Translations under genes and position numbers: made by a program
In this document: positions 1 to 14,848 of the stretch, in pieces
How positions within the stretch are numbered: position 1 is the first letter of the stretch
Layout of the letters: each line of letters opens with the position of its first letter
Assembly (NCBI GenBank): GCA_032718475.1
Contig: JAUCBJ010009141.1
Location: 1 to 64,000, forward strand
Direction: 5' to 3'
From: Nemertoderma westbladi
Taxonomy: Eukaryota; Animalia; Xenacoelomorpha
DNA length: 64,000 nt
Notes under the pieces: model-generated
The model's input: only the letters and a program-made list of their open reading frames with translations
Told to the model about the DNA's origin: nothing
The model's database searches: none

Positions 1-1779
1 AATCAGTCTAAAAGGTCAGGCCTAAATGTAACAATACCGTTGTCCAGACAAACAACAGTTTAATAACGAAAGTGAAATACTCCTTATTTTGCCGCAACTA
101 AATCAGATCCTAATTTTACAAATACAGATAATTTCCACCTAAAGTAATGTATAGTACGCTATAGCTAGTAGAACTTTAAGGGCGATATGTTTTAGGGCAT
201 GTGTGTGTGGGTGTGTTACAAATAAAACAATTTCGTGTAATTCCTTTTACTAGGTTTTAGTGATTTTCTGACTAAGTGATACCGTGCGCTAGCTACTAAA
301 ATAAACTAGTCGCGTTTGTAGAACTTTATACTCACGAATGACGTCAAAGCTCTCTCCTTCCTATCCACAACCCAATGGGCAACCACAGTGTTAGTAACTA
401 CACCCGTGATCGGCACTAATACCAGATTCTGGTTGTAAGATAAGAATAGGGGTTAATCGCTACCGTACGTTAGCTGATCTGGTATACTAATTTAATTCTA
501 GAACTTTGTTGCTGCGGTAGTTAGCAGCAATACCTATCAGTACGTGGCAAGGCGCGGTAGGATATTAATAAACCTCCCTAGGCCAAGCAGTGTGCCGGTA
601 GCAGAAATACTCCTTGCCTGATCAAATAGCTAACTCCAGACAGGGGGGGGGGGGGGGGGGTACTAATGTACGTTCTACAAAGCGAACCGGTACCAAACAG
701 TCAGTGCTATGAATCACTAAATTATGGAACATATGCTGTCCGTACCTAATATGTACTCGCGTACTGACGAATGGCAATAGTTCGCACCTGTAGGAAGTAC
801 AGGTTAACCCAGGGATTCGTAGGACTTGACAAAGGGGGGGTGTCTGGATATAATTATTTGATCCTAAATTTGCGGCGTCCAGTGCGGTGTCACGCTTACC
901 CTGATCTATAGGTCTTACGGCGGGCAAGGGCGTCGAACAAAGTCTTACCTTCTCACAAAGCGGGCGCTGCATAGCAAGTGGAGTATTTCGAAGGGGCAAA
1001 GGGGGTGCGCGGTCAATCCAATGTGGGCGCTAGCGTGTTGTGGACATCCCTTCCCTGCGTTGCTTACGGCCTAACGATCTAGGCTGCCATCTCCCTGGTG
1101 TTCGGCTGTCCCGAAGTCGGACCAAAAGAAAACATGTCAGGAAATTGCAGTATATTTACAGTTTTACAAAAGGATTTATCAAATAAAGTTTCAACAAGAA
1201 ACCGAAATAAACTAATAACAATTTAGGAATCGAAGGGGTAGTAATAACGACAGTAAGAGTGATAACCGAAGGCAAACCGGCCTTTTATACTAGAAATTGC
1301 ACATGGAAACTAAACAGAATTTTCCACAGCTTCACCATTGAGCAATGAAGAGCTTCGTGCTCTATGATTGGCCCAGCTCATCGTTCAACGCAGTCCGGCC
1401 CTTACACTAAATCTGGGACATGGAATCCTAACAGAATTTTCCACTGCCTCACATTTGAGCAATAAGATAATTTATGCCCTATGATTGGCCTGGCTCATTA
1501 TTCGCTACGCTGTATTGGCCTACCAATTAGCACCACACGAAAATAAATGGCCCCAAAATACAAATTTCCCGACTGGGATTCGAACTCGTAACCTACGTAA
1601 TGTAACCAACGCCTTAACCATCTGACCACTACGCCACGAGAGTACCTAAGGGTTTTATGTGTACAAATATGAATAGGCATATTACATTACTGTAACTTAA
1701 TCAAAATACGTCGGATTTTCAAAAGTTTTTACGTTAAAGTTAAACTACAAATGCTACCTTATAGTGAAATAATTCATCA
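1..1779 (-). mobile_element. Partial long LTR of an LTR retrotransposon related to the BEL/Pao element below (5' LTR or solo LTR, runs off the window)
   Basis: Satellite resumes abruptly at 1780 (GTGTTCTAC), and the minus strand starts TGATG at 1779. The minus-strand order matches the 14849-16770 LTR: tRNA-like A/B box (~1568-1635), CCAAT boxes (~1367, ~1484, ~1515), TATAAAAGG (1289-1281), and a shared ATACTCACGAATG 13-mer (~328-340). Confidence 0.7.
1568..1635 (-). promoter_or_regulatory. tRNA-derived Pol III internal promoter (A box and B box) inside the LTR
   Basis: Minus strand reads GGCGTAGTGGTCAGATGGTTAAGGCGTTGG...CGAGTTCGAATCCCAGT, followed by TATTTT. Acceptor and anticodon stems do not pair. 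Confidence 0.7.
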
Positions 1780-4700
1780 GTGTTCTACAATATTTTTTAT
1801 AATTTCATCGTATTGCCAAAGTGACTGGAGCTGAAGTTAACTCATAATACAATAATTCACCTCAAATATCTCAGCTATTTCATGAACATAATGAAGTATT
1901 AAAGCCATGTCAAAATCCTTGGTATTTTTCTGCAATAATTTATCAAAATATCCTCTGATTCTTTACTATAACCATATCGATTTTAATATTTATAACTTCT
2001 AACCCACTCCCCGAGATAGAGAATCTTAAATGAAAGTCAAAAGAACAGGTAACACTTACATTTATTGCAGTAATCAGCTGTTATTTGCTACGTCTTTCCG
2101 CTGGAGATGGATGAATTTTGATTGTGTCAGAACACCCCCTATCTGTGGCTGTCTGAGTGGAGAGATAAGAATCCTGTGTCCGTATTAATATTATTTATTA
2201 TAGTTTCATCGTATTGCTAAAGTGGCTGGAGCTAAAGTTATTATGTAATGCAATAATTCACCTCAAATATCTCAGCTATTTCATGAACATAATGAAGTAT
2301 TAAAGCCATGTCAAAATCATTGGTGTTTTTCTGCAATAATTTATCAAAATATCCTCTGATTTTTTTCAAAAACCATATCGATTTTCATATTTATAACTTC
2401 TATCCCACTCCACGAGATAGAGAATCTTAAATGAACGTCAAAAGAACAGGTAACACTTACATTTATAGAAGTAATCAGCTGTTATTTGCTACGTCTTTCC
2501 GCTGGAGATGGATGAATTTTGATTGTGTCAGAACACCCCCTATCTGTGGCTTTCTGAGTGGAGAGATAAGTAGCCTATCTCCCTATTAATATTGTTGTGT
2601 TCTACAATATTTTTTATAATTTCATCGTATTGCCAAAGTGACTGGAGCTGAAGTTAACTCATAATACAATAATTCACCTCAAATATCTCAGCTATTTCAT
2701 GAACATAATGAAGTATTAAAGCCATGTCAAAATCCTTGGTATTTTTCTGCAATAATTTATCAAAATATCCTCTGATTCTTTACTATAACCATATCGATTT
2801 TAATATTTATAACTTCTAACCCACTCCACGAGATAGAGAATCTTAAATGAAAGTCAAAAGAACAGGTAACACTTACATTTATAGCAGTAATCAGCTGTTA
2901 TATGCTACGTCTTTCCGCTGGAGATGGATGAATTTTGATTGTGTCAGAACACCCCCTATCTGTGGCTGTCTGAGTGGAGAGATAAGAATCCTGTTTCCGT
3001 ATTAATATTATTTATTATAGTTTCATCGTATTGCTAAAGTGGCTGGAGCTAAAGTTATTATGTAATGCAATAATTCACCTCAAATATCTCAGCTATTTCA
3101 TGAACATAATGAAGTATTAAATCCATGTCAAAATCCTTGGTATTTTTCTGCAATAATTTATCAAAATATCCTCTGATTTTTTTCAAAAACCATATCAATT
3201 TTCATATTTATAACTTCTATCCCACTCCACGAGATAGAGAATCTTAAATGAACGTCAAAAGAACAGGTAACACTTATATTTATAGAAGTAATCAGCTGTT
3301 ATTTGCTACGTCTTTCCGCTGGAGATGGATGAATTTTGATTGCGTTGGAACACCCCCTATCTGTGGCTTTCTGAGTGGAGAGATAAGTATCCTATCTCCC
3401 TATTAATATTGTTGTGTTCTAGAATATTTTTTATAGTTTCATCGTATTGCCAAAGTGACTAGAGCTGAAGTTAACTCATAATACAATAATTCACCTCAAA
3501 TATCTCAGCTATTTCATGAACATAATGAAGTATTAAAGCCATGTCAAAATCATTGGTGTTTTTCTGCAATAATTTATCAAAATATCCTCTGATTTTCTAC
3601 AAAAACCATATCGATTTTCATATTTATAACTTCTATCCCACTCCACGAGATAGATAATCTTAAATGAACGTCAAAAGAACAGGTAACACTTACATTTATA
3701 GCAGTAATCAGCTGTTATTTGCTACGTCTTTCCGCTGGAGATGAATGAATTTAGATTGTGTCAGAACACCCCCTATCTGTGGTTGTATGAGTGGAGAGAT
3801 AAGTATCCTGTTTCCGTATTAATATTGTTGTGTTCTAGAATATTTATTATAGTTTCATCGTATTGCTAAAGTGGCTGGAGCTAAAGTTATTATGTAATGC
3901 AATAATTCACCTCAAATATCTCAGCTATTTCATGAACATAATGAAGTATTAAAGCCATGTCAAAATCATTGGTGTTTTTCTGCAATAATTTATCAAAATA
4001 TCCTCTGATTTTTTTCAAAAACCATATCGATTTTCATATTTATAACTTCTATCCCACTCCACGAGATAGATAATCTTAAATGAACGTCAAAAGAACAGGT
4101 AACACTTACATTTATAGAAGTAATCAGCTATTATTTGCTACGTCTTTCCGCTGGAGATGGATGAATTTTGATTGTGTCAGAACACCCCCTATCTGTGGTT
4201 GTATGAGTGGAAAGATAAGTAGCCTATCTCCCTATTAATATTGTTGTGTTCTAGAATATTTATTATAGTTTCATCGTATTGCTAAAGTGGCTGGAGCTAA
4301 AGTTATTATGTAATGCAATAATTCACCTCAAATATCTCAGCTATTTCATGAACATAATGAAGTATTAAAGCCATGTCAAAATCATTGGTGTTTTTCTGCA
4401 ATAATTTATCAAAATATCCTCTGATTTTTTTCAAAAACCATATCGATTTTCATATTTATAACTTCTATCCCACTCCACGAGATAGAGAATCTTAAATGAA
4501 CGTCAAAAGAACAGGTAACACTTACATTTATAGAAGTAATCAGCTGTTATTTGCTACGTCTTTCCGCTGGAGATGGATGAATTTTGATTGTGTCAGAACA
4601 CCCCCTATCTGTGGCTTTCTGAGTGGAGAGATAAGTAGCCTATCTCCCTATTAATATTGTTGTGTTCTACAATATTTTTTATAATTTCATCGTATTGCCA

Positions 4701-7700
4701 AAGTGACTGGAGCTGAAGTTAACTCATAATACAATAATTCACCTCAAATTTCTCAGCAAGTTCATGAACATAATGAAGTATTAAAGCCATGTCAAAATCC
4801 TTGGTGTTTTTCTGCAATAATTTATCAAAATATCCTCTGATTTTCTACAAAAACCATATCGATTTTCATATTTATAACTTCTATCCCACTCCACGAGATA
4901 GAGAATCTTAAATGAACGTCAAAAGAACAGGTAACACTTACATTTATAGCAGTAATCAGCTGTTATTTGCTACGTCTTTCCGCTGGAGATGAATGAATTT
5001 AGATTGTGTCAGAACACCCCCTATCTGTGGTTGTATGAGTGGAGAGATAAGTATCCTGTTTCCGTATTAATATTGTTGTGTTCTAGAATATTTATTATAG
5101 TTTCATCGTATTGCTAAAGTGGCTGGAGCTAAAGTTATTATGTAATGCAATAATTCACCTCAAATATCTCAGCTATTTCATGAACATAATGAAGTATTAA
5201 AGCCATGTCAAAATCATTGGTGTTTTTCTGCAATAATTTATCAAAATATCCTCTGATTTTTTACAAAAACCATATCGATTTTCATATTTATAACTTCTAT
5301 TCCACTCCACGAGATAGAGAATCTTAAATGAACGTCAAAAGAACAGGTAACACTTACATTTATAGAAGTAATCAGCTGTTATTTGCTACGTCTTTCCGCT
5401 GGAGATGGATGAATTTTGATTGTGTCAGAACACCCCCTATCTGTGGCTTTCTGAGTGGAGAGATAAGTAGCCTATCTCCCTATTAATATTGTTGTGTTCT
5501 ACAATATTTTTTATAATTTCATCGTATTGCCAAAGTGACTGGAGCTGAAGTTAACTCATAATACAATAATTCACCTCAAATATCTCAGCTATTTCATGAA
5601 CATAATGAAGTATTAAAGCCATGTCAAAATCCTTGGTGTTTTTCTGCAATAATTTATCAAAATATCCTCTGATTTTTCTATCAACAACCATATCGATTTT
5701 CATATTTATAACTTCTATCCCACTCCACGAGATAGAGAATCTTAAATGAACGTCAAAAGAACAGGTAACACTTACATTTATAGAAGTAATCAGCTGTTAT
5801 TTGCTACGTCTTTCCGCTGGAGATGGATGAATTTTGATTGTGTCAGAACACCCCCTATCTGTGGCTGTATGAGGGGAGAGATAAGTAGCCTATCTCCCTA
5901 TTAATATTGTTGTGTTCTAGAATATTTATTATTGTTTCATCGTATTGCTAAAGTGGCTGGAGCTAAAGTTATTATAATCAATAATTCACCTCAAATATCT
6001 CAGCTATTTCATGAACATAATGAAGTATTAAAGCCATGTCAAAATCATTGGTGTTTTTCTGCAATAATTTATCAAAATATCCTCTGATTTTTTTCAAAAA
6101 CCATATCGATTTTCATATTTATAACTTCTATCCCACTCCACGAGATAGAGAATCTTAAATGAACGTCAAAAGAACAGGTAACACTTACATTTATAGCAGT
6201 AATCAGCTGTTATATGCTACGTCTTTCCGCTGGAGATGGATGAATTTTGATTGTGTCAGAACACCCCCTATCTGTGGCTGTCTGAGTGGAGAGATAAGAA
6301 TCCTGTCTCCGTATTAATATTGGGCAGAATATTATTATAGTTTCATCGTATTGCTAAAGTGGCTGGAGCTAAAGTTATTATGTAATGCAATAATTCACCT
6401 CAAATATCTCAGCTATTTCATGAACATAATGAAGTATTAAATCCATGTCAAAATCCTTGGTATTTTTCTGCAATAATTTATCAAAATATCCTCTGATTTT
6501 TTTCAAAAACCATATCAATTTTCATATTTATAACTTCTATCCCACTCCACGAGATAGAGAATCTTAAATGAACGTCAAAAGAACAGGTAACACTTATATT
6601 TATAGAAGTAATCAGCTGTTATTTGCTACGTCTTTCCGCTGGAGATGGATGAATTTTGATTGCGTTGGAACACCCCCTATCTGTGGCTTTCTGAGTGGAG
6701 AGATAAGTATCCTATCTCCCTATTAATATTGTTGTGTTCTAGAATATTTTTTATAGTTTCATCGTATTGCCAAAGTGACTAGAGCTGAAGTTAACTCATA
6801 ATACAATAATTCACCTCAAATATCTCAGCAATTTCATGAACATAATGAAGTATTAAAGCCATGTCAAAATCATTGGTGTTTTTCTGCAATAATTTATCAA
6901 AATATCCTCTGATTTTCTACAAAAACCATATCGATTTTCATATTTATAACTTCTATCCCACTCCACGAGATAGATAATCTTAAATGAACGTCAAAAGAAC
7001 AGGTAACACTTACATTTATAGCAGTAATCAGCTGTTATTTGCTACGTCTTTCCGCTGGAGATGAATGAATTTAGATTGTGTCAGAACACCCCCTATCTGT
7101 GGTTGTATGAGTGGAGAGATAAGTATCCTGTTTCCGTATTAATATTGTTGTGTTCTAGAATATTTATTATAGTTTCATCGTATTGCTAAAGTGGCTGGAG
7201 CTAAAGTTATTATGTAATGCAATAATTCACCTCAAATATCTCAGCTATTTCATGAACATAATGAAGTATTAAAGCCATGTCAAAATCATTGGTGTTTTTC
7301 TGCAATAATTTATCAAAATATCCTCTGATTTTTTACAAAAACCATATCGATTTTCATATTTATAACTTCTATTCCACTCCACGAGATAGATAATCTTAAA
7401 TGAACATCAAAAGAACAGGTAACACTTACATTTATAGAAGTAATCAGCTATTATTTGCTACGTCTTTCCGCTGGAGATGGATGAATTTTGATTGTGTCAG
7501 AACACCCCCTATCTGTGGTTGTATGAGTGGAAAGATAAGTAGCCTATCTCCCTATTAATATTGTTGTGTTCTAGAATATTTATTATAGTTTCATCGTATT
7601 GCTAAAGTGGCTGGAGCTAAAGTTATTATGTAATGCAATAATTCACCTCAAATATCTCAGCTATTTCATGAACATAATGAAGTATTAAAGCCATGTCAAA

Positions 7701-10700
7701 ATCATTGGTGTTTTTCTGCAATAATTTATCAGAATATCCTCTGATTTTTTTCAAAAACCATATCGATTTTCATATTTATAACTTCTATCCCACTCCACGA
7801 GATAGAGAATCTTAAATGAACGTCAAAAGAACAGGTAACACTTACATTTATAGAAGTAATCAGCTGTTATTTGCTACGTCTTTCCGCTGGAGATGGATGA
7901 ATTTTGATTGTGTCAGAACACCCCCTATCTGTGGCTTTCTGAGTGGAGAGATAAGTAGCCTATCTCCCTATTAATATTGTTGTGTTCTACAATATTTTTT
8001 ATAATTTCATCGTATTGCCAAAGTGACTGGAGCTGAAGTTAACTCATAATACAATAATTCACCTCAAATTTCTCAGCAAGTTCATGAACATAATGAAGTA
8101 TTAAAGCCATGTCAAAATCCTTGGTGTTTTTCTGCAATAATTTATCAAAATATCCTCTGATTTTCTACAAACACCATATCGATTTTCATATTTATAACTT
8201 CTATCCCACTCCACGAGATAGATAATCTTAAATGAACGTCAAAAGAACAGGTAACACTTACATTTATAGCAGTAATCAGCTGTTATTTGCTACGTCTTTC
8301 CGCTGGAGATGAATGAATTTAGATTGTGTCAGAACACCCCCTATCTGTGGTTGTATGAGTGGAGAGATAAGTATCCTGTTTCCGTATTAATATTGTTGTG
8401 TTCTAGAATATTTATTATAGTTTCATCGTATTGCTAAAGTGGCTGGAGCTAAAGTTATTATGTAATGCAATAATTCACCTCAAATATCTCAGCTATTTCA
8501 TGAACATAATGAAGTATTAAAGCCATGTCAAAATCATTGGTGTTTTTCTGCAATAATTTATCAAAATATCCTCTGATTTTTTACAAAAACCATATCGATT
8601 TTCATATTTATAACTTCTATTCTACTCCACGAGATAGAGAATCTTAAATGAACGTCAAAAGAACAGGTAACACTTACATTTATAGAAGTAATCAGCTGTT
8701 ATTTGCTACGTCTTTCCGCTGGAGATGGATGAATTTTGATTGTGTCAGAACACACCCTATCTGTGGCTTTCTGAGTGGAGAGATGAGTAGCCTATCTCCC
8801 TATTAATATTGTTGTGTTCTACAATATTTTTTATAATTTCATCGTATTGCCAAAGTGACTGGAGCTGAAGTTAACTCATAATACAATAATTCACCTCAAA
8901 TATCTCAGCTATTTCATGAACATAATGAAGTATTAAAGCCATGTCAAAATCCTTGGTATTTTTCTGCAATAATTTATCAAAATATCCACTGATTCTTTAC
9001 TATAACCATATCGATTTTCATATTTATAACTTCTATCCCACTCCACGAGATAGAGAATCTTAAATGAAAGTCAAAAGAACAGGTAACACTTACATTTAAA
9101 GAAGTAATCAGCTGTTATTTGCTACGTCTTTCCGCTGGAGATGGATGAATTTTGATTGCGTTGGAACACCCCCTATCTGTGGCTGTATGAGGGGAGAGAT
9201 AAGTAGCCTATCTCCCTATTAATATTGTTGTGTTCTAGAATATTTATTATTGTTTCATCGTATTGCTAAAGTGGCTGGAGCTAAAGTTATTATTTAATGC
9301 AAATATGTCAGCTATTTCATGAAAATAATGAAGTATTAAAGCCATGTCAAAATCATTGGTGTTTTTCTGCAATAATTTATCAAAATATCCTCTGATTTTT
9401 TTCAAAAACCATATCGATTTTCATATTTATAACTTCTATCCCACTCCACGAGATAGAGAATCTTAAATGAACGTCAAAACAACAGGTAACACTTACATTT
9501 ATAGAAGTAATCAGCTGTTATTTGCTACGTCTTTCAGCTGGAGATGGATGAATTTTGATTGTGTCAAAAAAAACCCTATCTGTGGCTTTCTGAGTGGAGA
9601 GATAAGTAGCCTATCTCCCAGTTAATATTGTTGTGTTCTAGAATATTTATTATAGTTTTATCGTATTGCCAAAGTGACTGGAGCTGAAGTTAACTCATAA
9701 TACAATAATTCACCTCAATTTTGATTGTGTCAGAACACCCCCTATCTGTGGATGTCTGAGTGGAGAGATAAGTAGCCTATCTCCCTATTAATATTGTTGT
9801 GTTCTAGAATATTTATTATAGTTTCATCGCATTGTTAAAGTGGCTGGAGCTAAAGTTATTATGTAATGCAATAATTGACCTCAAATATCTCAGCTATTTC
9901 ATGAACATAATGAAGTATTAAATCCATGTCAAAATCCTTGTTTTTTTTCTGCAATAATTTATCAAAATATCCTCTGATTCTTTACTATAACCATATCGAT
10001 TTTAATATTTATAACTTCTAACCCACTCCACGAGATAGATAATCTTAAATGAAAATCAAAAGAACAGGTAACACTTATATTTATAGAAGTAATCAGCTGT
10101 TATTTGCTACGTCTTTCCGCTGGAGATGGATTAATTTTGATTGCGTTGGAACACCCCCTATCTGTGGCTTTCTGGGTGGAGATATAAGTATCCTATCTCC
10201 CTATTAATATTGCTGTGTTCTAGAATATTTATTATTGTTTCATCGTATTGCTAAAGTGGCTGGAGCTAAAATTATTATGTAATGCAATAATTCACCTCAA
10301 ATATCTCAGCTATTTCATGAACATAATGAAGTATTAAAGCCATGTCAAAATACTTGGTGTTTTTCTGTAATAATTTATCAAAATATCCTCTGATTTTTTT
10401 TAAAAACCATATCGATTTTCTAATTTATATCTTCTAACCCACTCCACAAGAAAGAGAATCTTAAATGAAAGTCAAAAGAACAGGTAACACTTACATTTAA
10501 AGAAGTAATCAGCTGTTATTTGCTACGTCTTTCCGCTGGAGATGGATGAATTTTGATTGCGTTGGAACACCCCCTATCTGTGGCTGTATGAGTGGAGAGA
10601 TAAGTAGCCTATCTCCCTATTAATATTGTTGTGTTCTAGAATATTTATTATTGTTTCATCGTATTGCTAAAGTGACTAGAGCTGAAGTTAACTCATAATA

Positions 10701-13700
10701 CAATAATTCACCTCAAATATCTCAGCTATTTCATGAACATAATGAAGTATTAAAGCCATGTCAAAATCCTTGGTGTTTTTCTGCAATAATTTATCAAAAT
10801 ATCCTCTGTTTTTTTACAAAACCATATCGATTTTCATATTTATAACTTCTAACCCACTCCAAGAGATAGAGAATCTTAAATGAAAGTCACAAGAACAGTA
10901 ACACTTACATTTATAGCAGTAATCAGCTGTTATTTGCTACGTCTTTCCACTGGAGATGGATGAATTTTGATTGTGTCAGAACACCGCCTATCTGTGGCTG
11001 TCTAAGTGGAGAGATAAGTATCCTATTTCCGTGTTAATATTGTTGTGTTCTAGAATATTTATTATAGTTTCATCGTATTGCTAAAGTGGCTGGAGCTAAA
11101 GTTATTATGTAATGCAATAATTCACCTCAAATATCACAGCTATTTCATGAACATAATGAAGTATTAAAGCCATGTCAAAATACTTGGTGTTTTTCTGTAA
11201 TAATTTATCAAATTATCCTCTGATTTTTTTTAAAAACCATATCGATTTTCTAATTTATATCTTCTAACCCACTACACGAGATAGAGAATCTTAAATGAAA
11301 GTCAAAAGAACAGGTAACACTTACATTTATAGAAGTAATCAGCTGTTATTTGCTACGTCTTTCCGCTGAAGATGAATGAATTTTGATTGGGTCAGAACAC
11401 CCCCTATCTGTGGTTGTATGCGTGGAGAGATAAGTAGCCTATCTCCCTATTAATATTGCTGTGTTCTAGAATATTTATTATTGTTTCATCGTATTGCTAA
11501 AGTGGCTGGAGCTAAAGTTATTATTTAATGCAAATATCTCAGCTATTTCATGAAAATAATGAAGTATTAAAGCCAAGTCAAAATCATTGGTGTTTTTCTG
11601 CAATAATTTATCAAAATATCCTCTGATTTTTTTCAAAAACCATATCGATTTTCATATTTATAACTTCTATCCCACTCCACGAGATAAAGAATCTTAAATG
11701 AACGTCAAAAGAACAGGTAACACTTACATTTATAGAAGTAATCAGCTGTTATTTGCTACGTCTTTCCGCTGGAGATGGATGAATTTTGATTGTGTCAGAA
11801 CACACCCTATCTGTGGCTTTCTGAGTGGAGAGATGAGTAGCCTATCTCCCTATTATTAATATTGTTGTGTTCTACAATATTTTTTATAATTTCATCGTAT
11901 TGCCAAAGTGACTGGAGCTGAAGTTAACTCATAATACAATAATTCACCTCAAATATCTCAGCTATTTCATGAACATAATGAAGTATTAAAGCCATGTCAA
12001 AATCCTTGGTATTTTTCTGCAATAATTTATCAAAATATCCACTGATTCTTTACTATAACCATATCGATTTTCATATTTATAACTTCTATCCCACTCCACG
12101 AGATAGAGAATCTTAAATGAAAGTCAAAAGAACAGGTAACACTTACATTTAAAGAAGTAATCAGCTGTTATTTGATACGTCTTTCCGCTGGAGATGGATG
12201 AATTTTGATTGCGTTGGAACACCCCCTATCTGTGGCTGTATGAGGGGAGAGATAAGTAGCCTATCTCCCTATTAATATTGTTGTGTTCTAGAATATTTAT
12301 TATTGTTTCATCGTATTGCTAAAGTGGCTGGAGCTAAAGTTATTATTTAATGCAAATATGTCAGCTATTTCATGAAAATAATGAAGTATTAAAGCCATGT
12401 CAAAATCATTGGTGTTTTTCTGCAATAATTTATCAAAATATCCTCTGATTTTTTTCAAAAACCATATCGATTTTCATATTTATAACTTCTATCCCACTCC
12501 ACGAGATAGAGAATCTTAAATGAACGTCAAAACAACAGGTAACACTTACATTTATAGAAGTAATCAGCTGTTATTTGCTACGTCTTTCAGCTGGAGATGG
12601 ATGAATTTTGATTGTGTCAAAAAAAACCCTATCTGTGGCTTTCTGAGTGGAGAGATAAGTAGCCTATCTCCCAGTTAATATTGTTGTGTTCTAGAATATT
12701 TATTATAGTTTTATCGTATTGCCAAAGTGACTGGAGCTGAAGTTAACTCATAATACAATAATTCACCTCAATTTTGATTGTGTCAGAACACCCCCTATCT
12801 GTGGATGTCTGAGTGGAGAGATAAGTAGCCTATCTCCCTATTAATATTGTTGTGTTCTAGAATATTTATTATAGTTTCATCGCATTGTTAAAGTGGCTGG
12901 AGCTAAAGTTATTATGTAATGCAATAATTGACCTCAAATATCTCAGCTATTTCATGAACATAATGAAGTATTAAATCCATGTCAAAATCCTTGTTTTTTT
13001 TCTGCAATAATTTATCAAAATATCCTCTGATTCTTTACTATAACCATATCGATTTTAATATTTATAACTTCTAACCCACTCCACGAGATAGATAATCTTA
13101 AATGAAAATCAAAAGAACAGGTAACACTTATATTTATAGAAGTAATCAGCTGTTATTTGCTACGTCTTTCCGCTGGAGATGGATTAATTTTGATTGCGTT
13201 GGAACACCCCCTATCTGTGGCTTTCTGGGTGGAGATATAAGTATCCTATCTCCCTATTAATATTGCTGTGTTCTAGAATATTTATTATTGTTTCATCGTA
13301 TTGCTAAAGTGGCTGGAGCTAAAATTATTATGTAATGCAATAATTCACCTCAAATATCTCAGCTATTTCATGAACATAATGAAGTATTAAAGCCATGTCA
13401 AAATACTTGGTGTTTTTCTGTAATAATTTATCAAAATATCCTCTGATTTTTTTTAAAAACCATATCGATTTTCTAATTTATATCTTCTAACCCACTCCAC
13501 AAGAAAGAGAATCTTAAATGAAAGTCAAAAGAACAGGTAACACTTACATTTAAAGAAGTAATCAGCTGTTATTTGCTACGTCTTTCCGCTGGAGATGGAT
13601 GAATTTTGATTGCGTTGGAACACCCCCTATCTGTGGCTGTATGAGTGGAGAGATAAGTAGCCTATCTCCCTATTAATATTGTTGTGTTCTAGAATATTTA

Positions 13701-14620
13701 TTATTGTTTCATCGTATTGCTAAAGTGACTAGAGCTGAAGTTAACTCATAATACAATAATTCACCTCAAATATCTCAGCTATTTCATGAACATAATGAAG
13801 TATTAAATCCCTGTCAAAATCCTTGGTGTTTTTCTGCAATAATTTATCAAAATATCCTCTGATTTTTTTCAAAAACCATATCAATTTTCATATTTATAAC
13901 TTCTATCCCACTCCACGAGATAGAGAATCTTAAATGAACGTCAAAAGAACAGGTAACACTTACATTTATAGAAGTAATCAGCTGTTATTTGCTACATCTT
14001 TCCGCTGGAGATGGATGAATTTTGATTGCGTTGGAACACCCCCTATCTGTGGCTTTCTGAGTGGAGAGATAAGTATCCTATCTCCCTATTAATATTGTTG
14101 TGTTCTAGAATATTCTTTATTGTTTCATCGTATTGCCAAAGTGACTAGAGCTGAAGTTAACTCATAATACAATAATTCACCTCAAATATCTCAGCTATTT
14201 CATGAACATAATGAAGTATTAATTTAATTTTCTGCAATAATTTATCAAAATATCCTCTGATTTTTTTCAAAAACCACATCGATTTTCTTATTTATATCTT
14301 CTAACCCACTCTACGAGATAGAGAATCTTAAATGAAAGTCAAAAGAACAGGTAACACTTACATTTATAGAAGTAATCAGCTGTTATTTGCTACGTCTTTC
14401 CGCTGGAGATGGATTAATTTTGATTGTGTTGGAACACCCCCTATCTGTGGCTTTCTGAGTGGAGAGATAAGTATCCTATCTCCCTATTAATATTGTTGTG
14501 TTCTAGAATATTTTTTATAGTTTCATCGTATTGCCAAATTGACTAGAGCTGAAGTTAACTCATAATACAATAATTCACCTCAAATATCTCAGCTATTTCA
14601 TGAACATAATGAAGTATTAA
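1780..14620. repeat. 416-bp satellite array, block 1 (~31 monomers)
   Basis: Landmarks such as CCCCCTATCTGTGG and AAGAACAGGTAACACTTAC recur every ~416 bp. Some monomers are shortened (e.g. the deletion at ~9718 and ~12771). Confidence 0.98.
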
Positions 14621-14848
14621 CCCTATTAAACCCGGGGGGGGGGTCAATATGACCTCTCCCGTGGTTTTTTTATTATAATTCTGAAACAAACGCAGTTTGG
14701 ATTCTGAAATTTTATGACTTTTCCTAAAAATCTATTGTCTTCCTAGTAGTGAAAACCGTTTTCAAAAATATTGGGTAGTTTTCGAGTTATAGCACCATTT
14801 TTTAACCCTACTTTTGGCACTTTTTTTGAGACGTTTTTTGAAAATTAC

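Noticed and set aside
643-661. Long G homopolymer as a functional G-quadruplex
   Set aside because: A single run of uncertain assembled length with no counterpart in the related LTR.
14846-14848. Extending the LTR by TAC
   Set aside because: The match to 31568-31570 is coincidental; these bases belong to the ATTAC TSD.
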